Shown one piece after another: positions 50,416-60,541 of a DNA stretch of 64,000 nucleotides. This stretch comes from Hydrurus foetidus (taxonomy: Eukaryota), in NCBI GenBank assembly GCA_900617105.1, contig UYFQ01000001.1, forward strand, positions 4,464,001 through 4,528,000, in the 5' to 3' direction. The position numbers and the translations under genes are program-made. How positions within the stretch are numbered: position 1 is the first letter of the stretch; the number at the start of each line of letters is the position of its first letter. Below the pieces are notes generated by a model. That model worked only from the letters and a program-made list of their open reading frames with translations, had not been told where the DNA came from and did not search any database.

Positions 50416-52839
50416 GTGAAACCACTACACCAAATTACAAAAAATTCACTACTTGTCACGTTGCTGAGCAGCTTATTGGTCAGCGCCACGTTGGTTGCCT
50501 GCGGCGGAAAAGATGGTGAAGCTGGCGTTGGTAGTGGGTCAACTGCAGAAAATGCTGGTGGCCCGTTAGTCAGTCCAACAGAAGGTGTCGCCAAATTGCT
50601 TGCGTACGATTTGGAGGGATTCAAAAAGTGTGGTGAAGAGTATTCCAACGAAATAACGCTCTCCACTAAAACGCATGTTGCCTGGGGTCAAATTGCGGGA
50701 AACAAGCTGGTTTATTTGTTTAATCAAGAAAAGGGCGCCGTCATCAAGCCGAGGAACGATTTTTTTGGGAGCGACCCAATGCCGGGGTCTGGGAACGTCG
50801 TGTACTGTAAACCTGTGGCATCTGACAACAACGATTTAGCGGTATTCGATGCGTCTTTGGCTGCAATCAAGCAGCACATCAACGGCAAGGACGGCAAAAG
50901 CGTTCTTTCGTCTGAGCAAATTCTCTTACACACCAACCGTCTTCGGCAAACGATGTATGCATTAGTCGAGAGTGAAGTAAAAATACTCGATGCCTTCGAT
51001 GTCATCGCGGCCTATGAAAAAATGCGCGGTGGCGCACTTTTCTTGAACAAGGAAACCAAGCTAAACAAAGCACCCAAAGAGGGTTTTCAAAATGAAGGTT
51101 ACGGCGACGTAGGCAGAGACATCGACCGTGCCGTACTTGCCATCCAACAAGGCATTCACGACACTGCCTACACACCTGCCAACTTAGCGCGATACAAAAC
51201 CGTTTTGTCAGGCAAAAAGTTTGCCAGCCATGAATGGTATCCAGGCAAGATAAAAAACAACGTTGTAGCTGATCCGATTAAAGTAAACAAAGTCAAAATT
51301 AATGCGTCGATGGACAAAAACCTGGATATTCGCACCGCTTTCTCAGAGACCACCCGTGATGACGAGATAGTTGCTAGACGGCCCACCGGCTACTATTTGG
51401 CGGCTGGCGATATTGCTAAAGTAACGGTACCGACTTCCATGGTGGGCAAGGGATTCGCAATACAAGTCGGTGCAAGTGTGCACGACAAAAGCAAGAAAAG
51501 CAAAATAGCGCGGCCTTTCCGTGTCGTAAACAAATTTCCAATTAACAGCAATGTTACCGAGATTGCCAATCCAAACGGCGGTGGGATTTATATTGATGTG
51601 CCCTATTTAGCCTCAGCTGGCAAAGAGGTCACTATCGAAATTCAAAATGCAATACCGGCGCCCTTTTTCTCCTTCACGGCCATCAAAAAAATGTCAAACA
51701 AGGACTGGCAAGACGTGCGAAATCACCCGGCACCTTGGGCCGATTTTATGAGCGAAAAGTTCATGATGACGCTGCCTACCAGTTGGATTCACAAGTACGA
51801 AGACCCTGTTGCCTTGATGGAAGACTGGGACAAACGCATGGACATCGTCAACAGGTATACGGGTTACAACATCAAGACAAAAAATAATCAAACGTTGTAT
51901 CTGACTGTTGATACTGACCTAAACAGTGATGCTGGCGGTATAGGCTATCCAACCGGTAATGACACCTACAACCCGGCAGAGCCGACCGATGGCAACCACA
52001 AGGCTTTTTTCCTGGTGCCTGGCCCTGAAAAGTTCAAAGACTCTAAGACGTTGTTTCACGAGTTGGGTCACGCGCAGCTGTTCGATGCTTTCGGGGGCGA
52101 AGGTGAAACAACCGTAAACATGCTCTTTGTTGCGGTGAAAAACCAGCTTTATGGGGATGATATTGAAGAGGCATTTGGCCTATCGAGAGCCGCAGAGCTC
52201 AAACACATTTCGAGGGACCTGGCAGCGGCTAACTGGATGGTTACTAAAAAGTTCAGAGATGGAAAGCCCATGGAATTTGCTGAATCGTCATATCAGCACC
52301 GCGGGCATGCCAAGTATGTAGACATTGCTGTGTTGTTTGGCTGGAAAACGATCGAGGCTTACTACGCGCAGGAAAATGCAGTGCATCGCGGTGAGGCGGT
52401 TGCCGCCGGTGCTGCCTGGGGTCTTAAAGATAAAGAAGACGACGCCAGAATATTGAAATGGTCCATTGCCGCTGGCAAAGACCTCACCCCGCTAATGCAT
52501 TTTTGGGGTATTCATCCCTCATCTGCAGGCGCAGCGACACTTAGCTCTGCGATCAGCGCTGCTGGACTGAAGCCTTCTAAAGCCGTGCACGACCGCCTAA
52601 AGGCTTATGAAGCATTAATCCCTGCGGACAACAATTCGTTCAAGGCCCATGCCGTCAAATTTTTGGCTGTTAAATCTGCTGAAGATATCAAAGGCGATAT
52701 AACTAGCAAGGATAATAACTATATGAATTGGTATACGGCGCAGCTAAGCGAATATGGTTCGATTCAAGGCGAAGCAACTCAGGTGGCATTCAAGAAAATC
52801 TTTGGCACATACTTTTCCTCTGCGGTGCCTAGCCAATAA
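50416..52839 (+). CDS. M60-like (enhancin-like) metallopeptidase lipoprotein, paralog A
   Basis: LVAC lipobox; PTGYYLAAG, NPNGGGIYI, APWADF, FHELGHAQLF...GEGE (HExxH-x-E). Confidence 0.8.
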   Translation: MKPLHQITKNSLLVTLLSSLLVSATLVACGGKDGEAGVGSGSTAENAGGPLVSPTEGVAKLLAYDLEGFKKCGEEYSNEITLSTKTHVAWGQIAGNKLVYLFNQEKGAVIKPRNDFFGSDPMPGSGNVVYCKPVASDNNDLAVFDASLAAIKQHINGKDGKSVLSSEQILLHTNRLRQTMYALVESEVKILDAFDVIAAYEKMRGGALFLNKETKLNKAPKEGFQNEGYGDVGRDIDRAVLAIQQGIHDTAYTPANLARYKTVLSGKKFASHEWYPGKIKNNVVADPIKVNKVKINASMDKNLDIRTAFSETTRDDEIVARRPTGYYLAAGDIAKVTVPTSMVGKGFAIQVGASVHDKSKKSKIARPFRVVNKFPINSNVTEIANPNGGGIYIDVPYLASAGKEVTIEIQNAIPAPFFSFTAIKKMSNKDWQDVRNHPAPWADFMSEKFMMTLPTSWIHKYEDPVALMEDWDKRMDIVNRYTGYNIKTKNNQTLYLTVDTDLNSDAGGIGYPTGNDTYNPAEPTDGNHKAFFLVPGPEKFKDSKTLFHELGHAQLFDAFGGEGETTVNMLFVAVKNQLYGDDIEEAFGLSRAAELKHISRDLAAANWMVTKKFRDGKPMEFAESSYQHRGHAKYVDIAVLFGWKTIEAYYAQENAVHRGEAVAAGAAWGLKDKEDDARILKWSIAAGKDLTPLMHFWGIHPSSAGAATLSSAISAAGLKPSKAVHDRLKAYEALIPADNNSFKAHAVKFLAVKSAEDIKGDITSKDNNYMNWYTAQLSEYGSIQGEATQVAFKKIFGTYFSSAVPSQ

Positions 52840-53011
52840 ATTTTCTGACCGACAACCGTGGCTGGCTCTTATCGCGAAACCACTGTTCTACAGATGCAGT
52901 TCGCCTGCAACCAAAACGCGGTGGTTCATGCAACCTAGACCATTTGCAGCGCGAGCGAGCGTGTTTAGCAGATACGGAGTAAATCGCTGGTCATCAAGTT
53001 TTGACATCCCC

Positions 53012-53059
53012 GCTATTAATACAGGAGCTATTTGAGACTGTATTTACGGAGCTAGAAAC
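53012..53059 (+). repeat. Dispersed ~48-bp motif, copy 13 (degenerate)
   Basis: gctattaatacaggagc-tatttgagact-gtatttacg-gagctagaaac. Confidence 0.6.
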
Positions 53060-53129
53060 TGGGCTGATGTCTGAAACCAGCCAAAAACAGCTTCTTCAGA
53101 CATCAAACCGCTCTGGGTTAAAAGTTCCC

Positions 53130-53280
53130 CGCTGCCAGGCCACCGCTAAGCAACTGGCCCCTTTGCGGCAAACTATTCTTCAATTTGCGGGCCAACAGCC
53201 GCTTCAATCCGGTAGCGCTTAATGTTCGTGGCTTGTGGTTAAAAGCCTTTGTCGACCAAGCGGTTGGTGGGCGACAACGA
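53130..53280 (-). pseudogene. Second, more decayed copy of the acyl-CoA synthetase 3' end
   Basis: caactggcccctttgcggcaaac...gccgcttcaatccggtagcgcttaat aligns with caaccggccccttagccgcaaac...gccgcttcaatccggttgcgtttgat at ~57280-57352. Confidence 0.8.
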
Positions 53281-53417
53281 ACTTTCTGCACAACAAATTT
53301 TCTCCATCTTTAAAATCTTCACATTAATCATGTCAATTTTGTAATTTTGGGCGCAGCGTTCTGGGACAAAATTTAGGTTGTTATGGATTTTCCGTTGGCT
53401 ACTAACCAGACTTAAAT

Positions 53418-54704
53418 ATGCACCCAAGCAAACGATCGTCAAGCAAGCTGCGAGTATTCAAATTTTCAAGTGCCTTTGTAATCATGGCAAGCGTTGCAGC
53501 ATGCGGCGGGTCTAAAGATTCTGAAGAAGCGCCCATTTCTTCTGCATTACCAGCAACGCAACTAGCGCCAACTCCCTCAGCACCAGCAGGATCCGACGTG
53601 CCGATGATTACGGGCAACGGAAAGCTGAAGATATTCATCTTGGCAGGGCAGTCCAACATGCAAGGGTTTGGCAAGGTAGACCGAGGTGGTGATCCAGAAC
53701 GCGACAAAATCGCATGTCCAGCCCGAGGAGACGGCACAAAAGGCTCCCCAGCAAATATTTTGGGCGGCATGGGAAGTTTGCGGGCTATGGTCGAAAAAGA
53801 CCCCGCTAAATACAGTTATTTGGTTGACGCCAACAAAACGATCTCTTACACGGTCACTGCAAATGTTGCTGAATGTGTGAAAGCTGACAAAAAAACCTAT
53901 TCAGGCTGGGCCATACGGGACGATGTACGTGTCTCATCTTGGACTTATAAATCGTCCAGAGTAAGTGATGGCACAGCGGAGGTGGACAACCGCATGCTGA
54001 GCGTCGGCTTGGGTTCCGCTAACATCATGCGCAATGGCGAAGGCTACATAGGCCCTGAATTCGGTTTCGGTCACATGGTAGGTGCCGCGCTAACCGACAA
54101 GGTGCTGTTGGTTAAAACGGCCTGGGGTGGCAAATCGCTTGCAGTTGACTTCAGGCCTCCCAGCTCAGTTGGTTTGGGTATACCTGTAACCAATGCCAAA
54201 CCAGTGCCAGAAGATAAAACGGGTACGTACTACACCGAAATGGTCAACAAGGTCAAATTAGTGTTGTCCGACATCAAAAAATATTATCCCGACTACGACG
54301 GTAAAGGTTATGAGGTAGTGGGGCTTGGCTGGCACCAAGGCTGGAATGACCGAGACTATGCGCCCTACGTAGCGCAATACGAGGTGAACCTGGCTAATTT
54401 GATTCGCGACCTGCGCAAAGATTTGAACTTGCCCAACATGCTGTTTGTGGTGGGTAACTCGGGTATGGCGGGAGGCTATGACGGAATCGGTCTTGCCCTG
54501 ACTACGGCGCAAGGTGCAGTTAGTAATCCCGCCAAATACCCTGGCTTTGTAGACAATGTGAGCGTGGTGGATACGCGAGGTTTTCATTATCCGAAAACCT
54601 CACCCGAGGTCGGATTTGAAGAGCACTGGAACTACAACGCTGAAAGCTACTTCAAGGTAGGCGAAAGCATGGGTACCGCCATGCTCAAACTGATGAAGCC
54701 ATAA
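53418..54704 (+). CDS. SGNH-type carbohydrate esterase, sialate O-acetylesterase-like (SASA/DUF303) lipoprotein
   Basis: VAAC lipobox; IFILAGQSNMQG, GPEFGFG, KTAWGGKSL, WHQGWND, HWNYNAESY. Confidence 0.85.
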   Translation: MHPSKRSSSKLRVFKFSSAFVIMASVAACGGSKDSEEAPISSALPATQLAPTPSAPAGSDVPMITGNGKLKIFILAGQSNMQGFGKVDRGGDPERDKIACPARGDGTKGSPANILGGMGSLRAMVEKDPAKYSYLVDANKTISYTVTANVAECVKADKKTYSGWAIRDDVRVSSWTYKSSRVSDGTAEVDNRMLSVGLGSANIMRNGEGYIGPEFGFGHMVGAALTDKVLLVKTAWGGKSLAVDFRPPSSVGLGIPVTNAKPVPEDKTGTYYTEMVNKVKLVLSDIKKYYPDYDGKGYEVVGLGWHQGWNDRDYAPYVAQYEVNLANLIRDLRKDLNLPNMLFVVGNSGMAGGYDGIGLALTTAQGAVSNPAKYPGFVDNVSVVDTRGFHYPKTSPEVGFEEHWNYNAESYFKVGESMGTAMLKLMKP

Positions 54705-54745
54705 CCATCAACTGATAAACCCACCACTTAATCGAGAGAATCCAA

Positions 54746-57103
54746 ATGAAACTCGCGCATCGCATGAACAAATATTCACTGTCGATTTTATTGGCAAGCA
54801 GTTTGCTTGCAACCTCCGCGCTGGTTGCTTGCGGCGGGGGCGGCGGCGCTGACTCTAGCGGCGTTGCTGGCGGTGCTAACAACTCTTTGGGCCCTGTGGC
54901 AGCAGATGATGCTGGTTTGCCGGCCTACAAGTTAGACGGTTACACGGAGTGCGGCAAACAGTATGGTCGAGACATAACGCTGAAGGAAGACGCGCACGTG
55001 GCGTATGGTTTGCTCGAAAAATACCAGTTGGTTTATTTGTTTAACCAAAAAAAGGGCCAAGTCATCAAGCCGACGGCGGAAACCTTTGGTGCCGATCCGC
55101 TGCCCTCAATAGACAAACGGGTTTACTGCAAACCGGTCAAAAGTGGCAACAACGACCTGGCAGTATTTGATGCTTCATTGGTTGCTGTCCGGCAGCATTT
55201 GGAGGACAAAGACGCGAAATCGGCGCTGTCGTCAGGCCAGCTCCAGCTGCACAGCAATCGTCTGAAGCAAACGATGTACTCCGTGGCTGAAAGCGAAGCA
55301 ACATTGCTTCAGGCTTTTGAAATTATTGCGGCCTATGAAAAAATGCGTGGCGGTGCATTTTTTGCGAATAAAGAAACCAAAAACGGTTTCCCGAACGAAA
55401 ACTATGGAGACAACGGCAGGGACATTGACCGCGTCGTACTCGCCATTCAGCAGGGCATTCACGACATTGCGTTTTTGCCAGCCAACCTGACAAAGTACAA
55501 AAGTGCTCTTGAAGGCAAAAAATTCAACAGCCACGAATGGTTTCCAGGCAAAGTAAAAAATAACTTTAAAGCTGATCCAGCCAAGAAACACAGCGTCAAG
55601 ATCAACGCCTCGATGGAAAAAGACTCGGATATCCGCACCGCGTTTTCTCAGACTTACGGCAGGCGGCCTACCGGCTTTTATTTGGCGGCTGGTGATGTAG
55701 CGAAAGTAACTGTACCAATGTCCATGGTGGGCAAGGGATTCGTGATTCAGGTTGGCGCCAACGAGCACGCCAAAACCGCGAAAAGCCAGATCGTAAGGCC
55801 ATTTCGCGTAACCAACAGATTTCCGATAGCAGCTACGGTCACTGAAATTGCCAACCCAAATGGCGGTGGTATATACATTGATGTGCCTTACTTAGCCGAT
55901 GCAGGGAGTGACCTTACCATCACGATCCAAAACGCCGTGGCGGCGCCGTTGTTCTCTAAAACAGCGCTTAACGCAACAACGCTGCAGCAGTGGAAAGAAA
56001 CTCAACGAATGAACCCTGCGCCGTGGGCTGACTTTGTGAGCGACAAGTTCATGATGACGTTGCCCACCAAGTGGATTGACAAGTACGAAGACCCCGTCAC
56101 CCTGATGAAAGACTGGGACGACAGAATGGACATCGTATCGGACTATGTGGGAAGAAGTCGAGTTAGAAACAACCAGATTTTGTACTTGACTGTAGACACC
56201 GACCTCTTGGGCAATGCATTTGGTATTGGTTATCCCACAGGTAACAACACCTACAACCCGGGTGCCACAACTGACGGTAACAATAAAAACTGGTACTTGA
56301 GACCCGACAAAGACTTTTCGGAAGTGGAGTTTCACGAATTGGGTCACGCCCAGCTGTTCAGTGGTTTCCCGGGCGAGGGCGAAGCTGCCATCAATATTTT
56401 AAGCGTGGCTGTAAGCAACAAACTCTACAGTGTTGATATTGACAGAGCCCTGAGTAAATCAATGAACAATACGTCGCAGCTGATAGGCCGCGATCAAGCG
56501 GCGGTCGGCTGGATGGTAAGGCAGAATTTTAGAGACGGCAAACCCATGGGCATCACTTCTGCCATGCAGGAAAAGATGTATGTGCAACGTGGTTACGCCA
56601 AGTATGTTGAGATTGCAGCGCTGTTTGGCTGGGACAAGTTAGAGAAGTTTTACTTCGAAGAAAATCGCGTTTTCCGCAAGGAGGCGGTGGCAGCCGGTGC
56701 GGGCCTGGCGGAAGTTGACAGCCGAATTTTGCGTATGTCGATCGCTGCTGGCGTGGACCTGAGTCCGTTAATTCACTTTTGGGGCACGCAACCCGTTAAT
56801 GGTGACGCCCTGAGCGCGGCCATTGCTGCAGCGGGATTGAAGCCATCGGCTCTGATTTATGACCGATTGACGCGTTACGAAGCGATGATTCCAATGACCA
56901 ACGCAGCGTTTCAAGCGCATGCGGTTGAGGTCTTAAACAAGCCCGCGTCGACACTTAAGTTGAACGGGGACGGGAATAACACTTACGGCGAAGGCTGGTA
57001 CAAAGTGTGGATCGACAGCTACGGTGCAACCGAGGGTCAAGCGGCAAAAACTGCGTTCGCTAATATGCTGACACGATATTTCCCGAAAGGCAGACCAGGT
57101 TAA
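54746..57103 (+). CDS. M60-like metallopeptidase lipoprotein, paralog B
   Basis: LVAC lipobox; PTGFYLAAG, NPNGGGIYI, APWADF, FHELGHAQLFSGFPGEGE; colinear with paralog A. Confidence 0.8.
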   Translation: MKLAHRMNKYSLSILLASSLLATSALVACGGGGGADSSGVAGGANNSLGPVAADDAGLPAYKLDGYTECGKQYGRDITLKEDAHVAYGLLEKYQLVYLFNQKKGQVIKPTAETFGADPLPSIDKRVYCKPVKSGNNDLAVFDASLVAVRQHLEDKDAKSALSSGQLQLHSNRLKQTMYSVAESEATLLQAFEIIAAYEKMRGGAFFANKETKNGFPNENYGDNGRDIDRVVLAIQQGIHDIAFLPANLTKYKSALEGKKFNSHEWFPGKVKNNFKADPAKKHSVKINASMEKDSDIRTAFSQTYGRRPTGFYLAAGDVAKVTVPMSMVGKGFVIQVGANEHAKTAKSQIVRPFRVTNRFPIAATVTEIANPNGGGIYIDVPYLADAGSDLTITIQNAVAAPLFSKTALNATTLQQWKETQRMNPAPWADFVSDKFMMTLPTKWIDKYEDPVTLMKDWDDRMDIVSDYVGRSRVRNNQILYLTVDTDLLGNAFGIGYPTGNNTYNPGATTDGNNKNWYLRPDKDFSEVEFHELGHAQLFSGFPGEGEAAINILSVAVSNKLYSVDIDRALSKSMNNTSQLIGRDQAAVGWMVRQNFRDGKPMGITSAMQEKMYVQRGYAKYVEIAALFGWDKLEKFYFEENRVFRKEAVAAGAGLAEVDSRILRMSIAAGVDLSPLIHFWGTQPVNGDALSAAIAAAGLKPSALIYDRLTRYEAMIPMTNAAFQAHAVEVLNKPASTLKLNGDGNNTYGEGWYKVWIDSYGATEGQAAKTAFANMLTRYFPKGRPG

Positions 57104-57224
57104 GCAGGCTTGCTGGCCTTCAAGCAGGCTAGCTGATAGTCACAATATCCGGGAGTGATTTTGGGCTGTTTAGGAAGATGATGTTCAGCAAAAAGCTGCT
57201 GCCTTGGGCGGCAGTTTTTCTGAT

Positions 57225-57259
57225 AAAAAAAGCACCGCTAGATAACGGTGCTTTTTTTT
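57225..57259. terminator. Bidirectional intrinsic terminator
   Basis: AAAAAAA-GCACCG-ctagataa-CGGTGC-TTTTTTTT between convergent genes. Confidence 0.88.
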
Positions 57260-57268
57260 CTTAGGCGC

Positions 57269-58957
57269 TTACTGCCAAACAACCGGCCCCTTAGCCGCAA
57301 ACCACTTTTCAACCTCTGGATCAACCGCCGCTTCAATCCGGTTGCGTTTGATCTTCATGGTGGGCGTTAAAAAGCCGTTGTCCATGGACCATGGCTGGCG
57401 GGCCACCACAATCATTTTGAGTTGCTCGTAGTCGGCGACCTTGCTGTTCACGCGTTTGATTACGGCGGTCATTTCTTCTACAAACTCAGCACGTACTGCG
57501 GGGTCTTCCAGGCGCGGGCGCAAGCCTTCGGCGGGCACCACCATGGCGTAGGCGGCTTGCTGGCCCACCCCTGAAACCAGCGACAGCTCGACCATCGGGC
57601 TTTCATTGATCAGGTTTTCAATTGGCGCAGGTGCCACGTATTTGCCTTTACCGGTTTTGAACAATTCCTTTTTGCGGCCGGTCAGTTTGAGCTGGCCATT
57701 CGGGCCAATTTCGCCCAGGTCGCCGGTCATGAAAAAACCATCGGCAGTGAATGTTTCAGCGTCGAGGTCGGGCCGCTTGTAGTAGCCCACCAGCGTGCCG
57801 GGTGACTTGATCAGGATTTCACCGTCGGCGCTGATGCGGCGCTGCACGCCGGGGAAAGGCACGCCCACATGGCCAGCGGCGTTCAGCGTGTTGGTGGTGG
57901 TGTGCGAATACGCAAAGTCTTCGGTCATGGCGTAGCCTTCCATCAGGTTCAGCCCCAGCTTGCGGTACCAGGCAATCAGCGCGGGTGGAATCGGGGCTGA
58001 ACCACTGCCCGCCAGCAGAACTTCATTTAAGCCCAGTTGGGTCAGCACCTTGCGCGCAACAATTTTGCCAAGGAAGGGTATGGACAGCAGCCGGTCAAGC
58101 TTTTTAGCGGGCATTTTGCTGAACACACCTTGCTGAAACTTCAACCACAAGCGCGGCACTGAAATAAACGCCGTGGGGCGTGCGCGCTGCATGTCTTGCA
58201 AAAACGTTTCGAGCGACTCTGCAAAAAAGATATGGCCGTTGCCCCTGACAAAACCCGAGCACTCTATCCAGGCACGTTCAAAAATGTGCGCTAGCGGCAG
58301 GTACGACAGTGAGCGGTACACAAAGCCGGCGCCGGCCTGGCTGTCGTTGTAGGCGGTAATGCCTTCGCTGGCCCGCGTGGCGTGCTCAAAGCTGTGCATG
58401 ACGCCTTTGGGCGTACCGGTAGAGCCTGACGTGTACATCAGCATGGCCAAATCATCTGGCAAGCGCTGCGGCTTGCCGGCTATTGGTTCGCTGGTTTTGA
58501 TGATCTCTTCCCAGGTCTGAAAACTGGTTTTGGGTGCCAGCGGCAAGGCGATGCACGGCAGCCCGGTGGGAATACCGGGCATTTGCTGGGCCCAGGTGTC
58601 AAGCTTGCCAACAAACAAAAGGCTTGCGCCGCTGTGCTCCAGCACATACTTCACCGTCTCGGCTGACTCGGTCGGGAAGATGGCCACTGTGGTGTGGCCC
58701 GACATCCAGATGGCCAGCTCGGTCATGATGAAGTGCGCGGTGTTTTTAGACAGAATCGCGATGCGCGAGCCGGGCTCAAAGCCAAGGCCTTTAAGGTGCG
58801 TGGCCATGCGCCTTGCTTGGTCCATCATTTGCCGCCAGGTGTAGTCGACCACTGCGCCTTTGCCCAAAGGCTGCGTTAAGTAAACATGATCGGCCAGCGC
58901 TGATTCATGCGCGTAAACGTAGTCAAGAAGTAGTTTTGAAGCGGCAGTGGTGGCCAT
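57269..58957 (-). CDS. AMP-binding long-chain acyl-CoA synthetase
   Basis: YTSGSTGTPKG, YLPLAHIFER, EGYAMTE, TGDLG, GRKKELFKTGKGKYVAP. Confidence 0.92.
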   Translation of the reverse strand: MATTAASKLLLDYVYAHESALADHVYLTQPLGKGAVVDYTWRQMMDQARRMATHLKGLGFEPGSRIAILSKNTAHFIMTELAIWMSGHTTVAIFPTESAETVKYVLEHSGASLLFVGKLDTWAQQMPGIPTGLPCIALPLAPKTSFQTWEEIIKTSEPIAGKPQRLPDDLAMLMYTSGSTGTPKGVMHSFEHATRASEGITAYNDSQAGAGFVYRSLSYLPLAHIFERAWIECSGFVRGNGHIFFAESLETFLQDMQRARPTAFISVPRLWLKFQQGVFSKMPAKKLDRLLSIPFLGKIVARKVLTQLGLNEVLLAGSGSAPIPPALIAWYRKLGLNLMEGYAMTEDFAYSHTTTNTLNAAGHVGVPFPGVQRRISADGEILIKSPGTLVGYYKRPDLDAETFTADGFFMTGDLGEIGPNGQLKLTGRKKELFKTGKGKYVAPAPIENLINESPMVELSLVSGVGQQAAYAMVVPAEGLRPRLEDPAVRAEFVEEMTAVIKRVNSKVADYEQLKMIVVARQPWSMDNGFLTPTMKIKRNRIEAAVDPEVEKWFAAKGPVVWQ

Positions 58958-59083
58958 GGTGACTCCGTGTGGTGTAAGTTGTGCAGGCGCAGGTGTTGTC
59001 CTGCGCATGCTCAAGCTTATGCCGGAGCGACTGTGTCAACAAGCAGGGCTTGCCCTGATAGTTGCCCGTAAATCCAAGCCAAA

Positions 59084-59620
59084 CTACGAGCCGTGGCGGG
59101 TGCGCTCAAGTTTGCTGGTGTCTATTGACTTTGTACGCAAGCGCACCAACAGTTCGTCATAAGCCTTGGCGCTGACGGTAGGGGTTCTGGACAGCACCCA
59201 CAAAAACTCGCGTTTTGGCTCACTGACTGCCACCAGTTGGTAGTCTGCGTCCAAATCAATCACCCAGTAGTCGCCCCAGACAAACGGTAAAAACGACAGC
59301 CACGCCGGGGCAAAGCGGACTTCCAGCTTGGGAGAGGTGGCGTTGCCGATTTGCCGCGCCTGGCCTTCCACCTCATTGAGTTTTCCGTCGGAGTCAAAGC
59401 AGCGGTTGCGCACGCTTAAGGTGCCGTCAGTCCGTGCGCTGTACTGCGCGCTAGTGTTGCTGGCGCACATTTTTTGAAAGCGATTTGGGAACTTGGCAAT
59501 TTCATACCAAGTACCCATGTAGCGCTGAACGTTTACGGCAGGCACCGGAGCCAGTGGCTCTTGCGCAGACGCGCTGAACGCTAACGCGGCCAACACAATT
59601 GAAGTGATTGTTTTTTTCAT
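59084..59620 (-). CDS. blc: Lipocalin (Blc-like)
   Basis: RYMGTWYEIA, GDYWVIDLD, LWVLSR. Confidence 0.9.
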   Translation of the reverse strand: MKKTITSIVLAALAFSASAQEPLAPVPAVNVQRYMGTWYEIAKFPNRFQKMCASNTSAQYSARTDGTLSVRNRCFDSDGKLNEVEGQARQIGNATSPKLEVRFAPAWLSFLPFVWGDYWVIDLDADYQLVAVSEPKREFLWVLSRTPTVSAKAYDELLVRLRTKSIDTSKLERTRHGS

Positions 59621-59734
59621 GTGGGCTTGAGGTGGGTTGAGGTGGCTTGAAGCTTTACGCGGTTGCAGTCTATGGTCAACCCGCGACGACCTTGACGCGA
59701 ACTAACGCCGACTTCATGTCAGCGGATGACCGAA

Positions 59735-60448
59735 TCAACCTGCCAGGCCCGCAAACACGGTCTGCACATCGTCGTTGGCGTCAATCGCGGCTAAAAAGGC
59801 TTCAACCTCGTGCATGTCGGCAGCGCTTAAAGAGGCTGGGTCAATCGGATTTTTGGCCTTGTAGCCCAGCTTGGCCGACAGCACGGTAAAGCCGTGCGCG
59901 GGCAGGGCGCGGCTGACCAAGTCCAGGTCGGCGTGGTCCGTTAAAAACAGGGTGTGGCCGTCTTCTTCGCCCGCCTCAAAATCTTGCGCACCGGCCTCAA
60001 TCGCGGCTGTCTCGGCATCTGCGCCAGCGGCGGTGGGTTCAGCTTCAATCATGCCGACGTGGTCAAAGTCCCACGAGACTGAGCCGGACGAGCCCAGCTG
60101 ACCTTTGCGAAACAATACACGCATTTCAGACGCGGTGCGGTTTAAGTTGTCGGTCAGGCATTCCACCATCAGCGGCACGCGGTGCGGCGCAAAGCCTTCG
60201 TAAATAACATGCTCAAAATGCACGGCATCAGTGCCGGTGCCTGAGCCTTTTTTTATCGCGCGGTCTAGCGTGTCTTTGGGCATACTGACTTTGCGCGCCT
60301 GCTCCACCACCAAACGCAACTTGGCGTTAGATGCCGGGTCAGCCCCAGCGCGCGCCGCCACCATAATTTCTTTGGCCAGCTTGCCAAAAATCCGGCCCCT
60401 GGCATTGGCTGCCAGCTCTTTGCCCTTTGCTTTCCATTGCGCGCCCAT
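59735..60448 (-). CDS. YebC/PmpR family protein
   Basis: MGAQWK, DPASN..LR, YEGFAP, TDNLNRT. Confidence 0.92.
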   Translation of the reverse strand: MGAQWKAKGKELAANARGRIFGKLAKEIMVAARAGADPASNAKLRLVVEQARKVSMPKDTLDRAIKKGSGTGTDAVHFEHVIYEGFAPHRVPLMVECLTDNLNRTASEMRVLFRKGQLGSSGSVSWDFDHVGMIEAEPTAAGADAETAAIEAGAQDFEAGEEDGHTLFLTDHADLDLVSRALPAHGFTVLSAKLGYKAKNPIDPASLSAADMHEVEAFLAAIDANDDVQTVFAGLAG

Positions 60449-60541
60449 GATGTGGTGTCCTTGTTGTTTTAACTACTTTGAAGTTTAGTGGAATGTTGCT
60501 GTGCGACCGAACTTACTTAGTTTGACCTGGGCTTCAACACA

